Assembly (NCBI GenBank): GCA_002269645.1
Contig: NIVC01004528.1
Span: 1 to 43,240, forward strand
Direction of reading: 5' to 3'
DNA from: Macrostomum lignano
Taxonomy: Eukaryota
Length of the DNA stretch: 43,240 bases
The position numbers and the translations under genes were made by a program. Shown here in pieces: positions 36,587-43,240 of the stretch (position 1 is its first letter; the number at the start of each line of letters is the position of its first letter). The notes below the pieces were generated by a model, which worked only from the letters and a program-made list of their open reading frames with translations, did no database searches and was not told where the DNA came from.

Positions 36587-36779
36587 ATATGTTAGCTATT
36601 ATTTTTTTGTTTGCACTCTTGTTACTTCTTAATTTATCTTTTTCTTTGAAATGTTCTACCTTTTATTATAAAAATTAGAAGATACTTGTACAACTTGCTT
36701 TTTGTAACCCTATTAGAATAAATAGAAAAAGATATCTGATAGTCTGTTGCAATTTTGGCAAGTGATGTTGTGGTACAGT

Positions 36780-38200
36780 GCAGCCACAGTAAATTTTGGA
36801 TTTACTTAGTTATACTTGCCAGAGACTGCGGAGACAGATTGACAACTATCACTTATTTGCAGAAATGAAAGGAGGGTAGTCACTTGAGAGTTTACAATTC
36901 TTTTGCCTGGCTTAATAGCTTTGGCTTTAGAATGTTCAATTATGATTGGCACTGAAAGACCTTTTGGGGTTAATGCAAAAGTAAACATGTTTTGTGTTGC
37001 ATTGCATTCTTGAACTACAATTTTAGGCCCCATGTTTGCATGTCTGCAGGTTTTCTACATGTATTCCAAAAGGGTTTTATGTCACTTTTGTATGCCAAAT
37101 ATAACTTAAGATTCAAGCATGCCAAATATGTATACCATACCAATGAACACTACATAATAAATACTAGCATCAATAGTTAGGAGTTTAAAAGAAAGACAGA
37201 GCCAAAAGGCCTGTAACAGCTGGTGGCATTTAGCGGGATTAAAATTGGTAAAGTAGGAGGTAAAACACTTGTCACAGCTTGGTACCAGCAGTGGGATTGT
37301 TCATAAAGACAGAGGAGTAACACCTGTCATAATAATATAATAATATACATGTGTATTCATATATTAAATTTGTTATTTTAACAAAATCTCTATTTTATAA
37401 TTATGGGTTATAATAATTTCAGCAAGTCATTTTCATTTTGGCAAAAGTCATTTTGCCAAAATTTATTTTGGTGAAAAGTTTTCACCATGTTTAGAAGGCA
37501 CTATATAATTATAGTGTATTACCTCTTTGTTTATTAGTTGTTTGTTGTATGCAAAAAGAATATGCCTGCATCCGGGTTCCTGTGTAAGTAATGAGTGAAT
37601 AATATACTATACGCCTTGTTGTTGTAATGTCTGGACTTCACAAAGGTGAACTTACTGTCAACAACCAAGGTGGCCTTCTTCCTTGTCAATGACTCCTCTA
37701 GCACCTCGAATCCTGGCTTCTCTACAGCAACCTTGACAGGCTGTGGGTGGCCAACATCAACAGCTGCTACTAGAAATGGCAGCTAGATGTCTTCCTCCAA
37801 ATTGAAGCCATCCTCTTCTATGATAGAGACATATGCCATTTCTACAAAGACATGGCCACTGCCTTTCCCTAGAATAACTCACTACTGCAGATGCTGCTTT
37901 GGCAACCTCCTGCTTGATGGCGACCTCAGCTGCTGCTTTGGCGACCTCCTGCTTGATGACGACCTTAGCTGCTGTTAATGCTACTACTTTGGCAACCTCC
38001 TGCTTGATAACAACCACCCTGACTACTCCTAATGCAATGTAGCTATAGCACTTCCATTCAAAGTCTTCACTTGATGTCATAAGATTGTGATACCTTTTGC
38101 CAGACATGCTTGTATTACACTTTAGGTGACACCATTGCTGGCATTCATCACATTGAAGTGCAAACTGATGTACAGTTATTTTACATGAGTAGATTAGGCA
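36780..38200 (-). pseudogene. Decayed PHD-finger plus FLYWCH-like ORF, probably from a Mutator-like (MULE) transposon
   Basis: 38200-38039 reads CLIYSCKITVHQFALQCDECQQWCHLKCNTSMSGKRYHNLMTSSEDFEWKCYSY (PHD with two Cys codons changed to TAC). Then three VIKQEVAK-type repeats. After a frameshift, FEVLEESLTRKKATLVVDSKFTFVKSRHYNNKAY (37758-37609) is FLYWCH-like. Similarity at 36800-37100 is weaker. No DDE domain recognised. Confidence 0.6.
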
Positions 38201-41200
38201 CTATGACTCTATTTCAGTATTGGATTGGTTAATAATTAGGCAGTAGTGAGATGATAGCAATAGTGATTGCATTTTGAGCATTTTGTTGATATATTATGTG
38301 TGCTACATAGTGTATGTTACATATGTATGTATGTGTGTGTTATTATTACGAATTCATACAGTGAATTTTTGGCTATATAAAAACAATTGCTTTGTTTTGG
38401 CTCTTTGGAATTGTCAAGCAAATTGTATATATGTATACTAAATGATGTCTATTTTTATAAACACTCTTAAGGTCAGCTATTAGCCACACACTGAATGGTA
38501 GATGAAATTGGCACTGAATTATACTAGTTGATTGAATGATTTAGTAATTTTTAGGAGGCAATTGCATACATACCAACCAATTGCGCATCAAAGCAATCGA
38601 TTGTTACTTATGTTGCTTTAAAGTTTGCACACTTGTTGCACACACTTATATATAATATTATTGAAAAATATCCTAAATTAATATTTAAATTTTATTTATC
38701 ACTAAGAAAATGTTTGTTTCATAGCAAGCTTAACTTGCACCATTATATATATATATATATTAGTAAGCTTTTTGCCAAAATGACTTTTTAAAATATGTTT
38801 CAAAGAAAGACCTTTCACCAAAATGACTTTTTGCCAAAATGACTGGCATCCATAATTATAGATATTAATTGATAGGCTAGGCCTGCATGTATATTGCTTG
38901 TATAGCATACAATACATAAGATTTTCTATTTATTTAAGCAGTATACAACTAAGATAGCCACATACCAAGACGGTCATAACATTGAATATCTATTATATCT
39001 ATTCTTTCTTTATTATTAATAAGCAATTTAATAGTTATTGCCATATTATTATGTTTAATCAATTATATTCATAAATAAATAATAATATAATAATAGATTT
39101 AAAACTTAATTATCTATGATACAAAACCTTTAATCTTGTTTAGTCTATACAAATTTGTTTTCTATCATTATATTTATCAGTATCAAATCTATCATTATCA
39201 GTTTATCAAGAAACCATTGCTAATAGTATCCTAACCTAATAACAAAATAGGATAAATATACAAGGTGCTAAGCTAATTGTTTTATTTATTAGATAAATAT
39301 CTATAGGTCACTTGTCAGGCTACAATAAAAGCTAAAGCCAAAAGGAATGATTATAATTAATATAATTCTATTATAGGCCTAGCATCTATTTTTCCAAGAC
39401 TTAAAGATCTACGCTTATTACAAATGACTGCCAATAAAAATGAGTGAAATAGATACCTAGGCTATAATAAGACATCAAGGTTATGCACCATTTGACAGAT
39501 TTTGAGCATGCAATAGGCTTAAAACAGGAATTTAAAATAATTTACTAAGAATATTACATATAAAAACTTGATTAGATTAAAAAGACAAAGCCTAAAAAAT
39601 GATATAAAAATAAATACCTTTTTTTCTAATAAAGATTGAATAATAAGATTGTTTTCTTTTGTGAAAAGAAAACAAAGACTCAGCCTATTTAGTTATATTA
39701 TTTGGTTATTTGGTTTAGTTAGTTTAGTTTATTTGGTTAGTTATAATATTTGGATTAAAAAGACAAAACTAGGTAAGAGTAAGACAATGTGGACAAAGCC
39801 AACTGGTTGCAGGTATCATAAGAATAGGCCAACTTTGAATTGAAAGTAATATTTCAAATATTCTATAAAGCCTAGGCCTAATAATTTTCTTTTATAGCAA
39901 CATAACATAACACAGGCCCACAGCACAACACAACAGACCAACAAGCTGAAGCTGTTAATTGCATTAATGATATCGATAGTCGATAGGCCTAACGTGCCTA
40001 AAGTATAATAATTTTTGCGAAAGTAAACAATCGCCGAAATCTTTTAAGGGTTTTTACGTGTATAAGAACACGAACAAAACACACCCACTGCTCGGGCCAT
40101 GAGGGGGTTATTATGGGGGCAAATTTTTAGTAAATTTTACTTTTTGAAAATGTAATCTTTAGTTTTAAGACTTAAGAATACTCGCTTTTAAAAACTTTGT
40201 TTTCTCTTTAAAGGTAATTTTTAACAAAAGTTAAATGTCTAGATTGCTTAATTGTGACTGAAAGTGTCTTTAATTTTTCATTTGGTATACCAATACAGAA
40301 ATAAAAACACCGGTATATATTTACCTTGACACCAACTACTTAAACTTTTGTCTTCGGTTGGATTAAATGATAGAAAAATTTATATTTTTGAGCGTAGCAT
40401 ATACCAAACAATTACTCTGGTAAAGCACCACTTTTTGTTCCTAGAACTAGATGACCTGGTCACAATAAATGAGTCAAGGGCCCTCAGATTTTGTGTAGTT
40501 TTGTGAACTTATGTTTGTAATGCAGTTGGACGTAGTGAAATTATTATGTATATATATATTATGTATATATATTATGTATATATATATAGGTGAATCTTTT
40601 ACCACGGCCCACTTTATACTAATTTTTGTGCTATGGCCTATGGGTAATGAAAAAATGTTTTAATCTAAATTTTGTGGAACATAGTAGGACGACTGCAACT
40701 TTCAAAGAACTCTACGTCGTTTAGCATAGTTAGGCCTATTATAAATATAAGGATGTTGTTATTTAGACTTCACGAAGATTGGTTCCAGAACCAGAATAAT
40801 TCCGATTCCAGAGCCAGAATCGGTAATAAAATGTAAAGCTTTAAACCTTTTTATGTTCGTCAGTCTTTATAACTTTATTTTGCTTCGTCTTGGATATGAA
40901 AATAACAGAGTGAGACTAGGCCTACTATACGCCAGAGTAGGCCTACCTCAATAATGAAAAATTGATTAGGCCTATTTCAAATATATTTTGCTGTTAAAAG
41001 TATAAACATGACAATGGATAAAGAAAATTTCATGAACCAAATTCCAGAATTGGATCACAGTTCTGGAAACAATTCTGAAAATGGAATAGACAATACGTCA
41101 ATAGGCCTATAAATTGCTTTGAACTGATTCTGGTTCTGGAATTGGTAGGCCTAATATAAAAAGCCTAGGCCTGATTGAATATTATTATGGTCAGCATATA

Positions 41201-41400
41201 ATAAATAGCAAAACTGGTTAGGCCCATATGTTTATGGTCAACATAAAAGAAATACTAGGTCTAGGAGCCTATCTATTCTAAATTAAGTTAGGAACTTGTA
41301 TTGCAAGTATTAAGAGTCTGTTAAAATTTAAGAAAACAATTTAATATATAGTCTGTAGATAGACCCTACAATCTATCTACTGTGGTTATTTATTTACTAG

Positions 41401-41472
41401 TGCTTCTTGTCATGTCACCAACTTTCACTAGCCTAGCTCTTGTCATGTCACCAACTTTCACTAGGCCTAGCT
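41401..41472. repeat. ~35-bp tandem duplication (CTTGTCATGTCACCAACTTTCACTAG..CTAGCT)
   Basis: Two adjacent copies visible. Confidence 0.85.
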
Positions 41473-41800
41473 TTCTTAATATAATTATTAATTATTAGGG
41501 CCTAATGTAAATAATATTTCTTCCCCATCTATGTTGAAAAGTAGGCCTAACCATTGCTTTTTATTATTGCCTATTATTATTTTTTTGGATTTGTCTATAA
41601 ATGCACCTAATAGAAAAGCAAAGCATAGTTAAGCCTTATCAAAGTCTTTTACAAACATTTTTTTATTTACTTCATTCTTAGTTTAGAATTCAGATCAGGT
41701 TTGAGGTTAATTTGATATCAAAATTTATGTTATAAAAGTCTCTATTTATTTTGGCTATTATAAGTAATGGTAGGGCCTAGGCCTTATACACTATAGTATA

Positions 41801-42587
41801 GGGCAATTCCATATAATTATGGTCGTAACATGACAGGCTATTTTTACTTATAAAATGAAATCTAATAATAGAATACACTAAACCAATATTTTAAATGAAA
41901 GATTTTTTTGTCAAGAATATTTTTATAGAGTTTCATGTAGATATCATCATTAATATAGATGCTATTAAACCTTGAATGGCACTTCTGGTCGTAACGACAG
42001 GATTTTTGACAGATAGAAACTAAAAGGTAAAAGTCTTATAACATTTTTCATTTTTGATATTTTGCAATAAATTTTTTAAAATTCGACTAAGAACATCTTC
42101 AGAAATCATACTCTTTTTGTAGAATATATAAACTCAAAAAGGCAACAAAGATACAAAAGAAAAGGCAGCCTTATGGTCGTAACATTCTGGTCGTAACATA
42201 TTTTGTTCTGTCAATTCAGTAACTTAGAGGTACCAATATATTAAAATATAATTGATTATTTGTTCATCAATACTTTTATCTGATGATGCAAGTACTATAC
42301 TTTTATCTATAGTTTGTTTCAACCTTCCAAAGCTTTCTATTTGTTTTTAAAAGGTTCACAAACTTAATGATGTCTTTTGCTTAAAAAACTGTCCAAATTT
42401 TTACAAAAATTACTTTTTGCCACTTGATAACATACTAATCTAACATTTTATCATTCATTTATTCTTAGATTGTAGATGTTACACATAAAAAACATTTGGT
42501 AAAAAAATTGGCTAATCAGGCAGTGGCAAGCAAAAATATTGACTTTTTTCTATTTTCCAAATATGTCCATCTTATATGGAATGAGCC
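41801..42587. mobile_element. Non-autonomous DNA transposon, Sola2-like or Harbinger-like, 787 bp
   Basis: TIRs GGGCAATTCCATAT / ATATGGAATGAGCC (11/14), flanked by TATA on both sides; internal repeated TGGTCGTAAC motif (4 copies). Superfamily assignment is inference. Confidence 0.6.
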
Positions 42588-43240
42588 TATAGCAGACCTA
42601 TTAATCTGGCAAAATATTTATAAAGCCTAGGCCTCTATGCTTATATGCTTAGCCCCCTCACTTTAGTATAAAGTCTAAAATGTAAGTCTAACATAACAAA
42701 TAAAAAAGCTTAAGAGTAAAGTTGTAATTGAAAATTTTTTTATTCTAGAATAGACTTATAATCCTACTTATCATATTTTTCACAAATGGTTTATACTTAG
42801 CTTAATTTTGTATAGACCTTAGCATTAGGCTAAGCCACACTCAAATCTGTTAAATACAGTATGCCAAAATAAGTGATCCCCTATATTTTTCATTCAAGTT
42901 TATATAAAAAACAAATTTACTCATGATATACCTGCCAAATATCAAAAAGGCATTGCAATAATGAAGGACATTTTTTACTTTGTAACAATCACCTTTTGTT
43001 GTAGTAATAGGTCCAGAATTTCATTTTAGGGGGGTAGGAAGCAGTCCAAGTTTAGGATGCCAACACGAATTTTAGAGGCACTAATTTTTAAGCTAAAAGG
43101 TATAAATATATATAGGATGCAAAAAATGAATATAGAAGGCAAAAAAATCAAGCTTAAAAGGTACAAAAATACATGTAAAGAGCAAAAAATTTGAGCTTAG
43201 TAGTACAAAAAATGCAATTAGGGGGTGAAAAGTCAAGCTT

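Larger units (their letters stand above)
33840..43240. other. AT-rich, CpG-depleted, transposon-derived domain
   Basis: Abrupt compositional change just upstream of the INCENP start codon; only 2 CG dinucleotides counted in 38881-39900; no intact long ORF. Confidence 0.85.

Noticed and set aside
40780-41145. Inverted TTCCAGAACCAGAAT / ATTCTGGTTCTGGAA motifs
   Set aside because: Probably subterminal repeats of a decayed MITE, but I could not define termini or a TSD.

Overview
Eukaryotic (metazoan) genomic DNA, not prokaryotic. Gene content and dense minisatellites suggest a free-living flatworm such as Macrostomum (inference). The left ~33.8 kb is of moderate GC and holds four recognisable genes: a DEG/ENaC channel (+, two -1 frameshifts, two probable upstream exons), a two-exon TEX52-like gene (+), an intronless rhodopsin-class peptide GPCR (+) and a two-exon INCENP (-). 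They are interspersed with two tRNA-derived SINE families and many tandem arrays. Right of ~33.84 kb the sequence turns abruptly AT-rich and CpG-depleted. It contains TIR elements, a decayed PHD/FLYWCH transposon-type ORF and a strong excess of TAGGCCTA. Best leads: (1) a ~300-bp TIR element, in two copies, carrying a ~64-nt piece of 28S rRNA altered at the R2/I-PpoI cleavage site; (2) an INCENP intron built from 11 tandem copies of its own 5' splice site; (3) ~28 tandem X-box (RFX)-like sites in the TEX52-like intron; (4) directional C>T/G>A hypermutation in the AT-rich domain. All coordinates and counts were read by eye; family assignments come from recalled motifs, not database searches.
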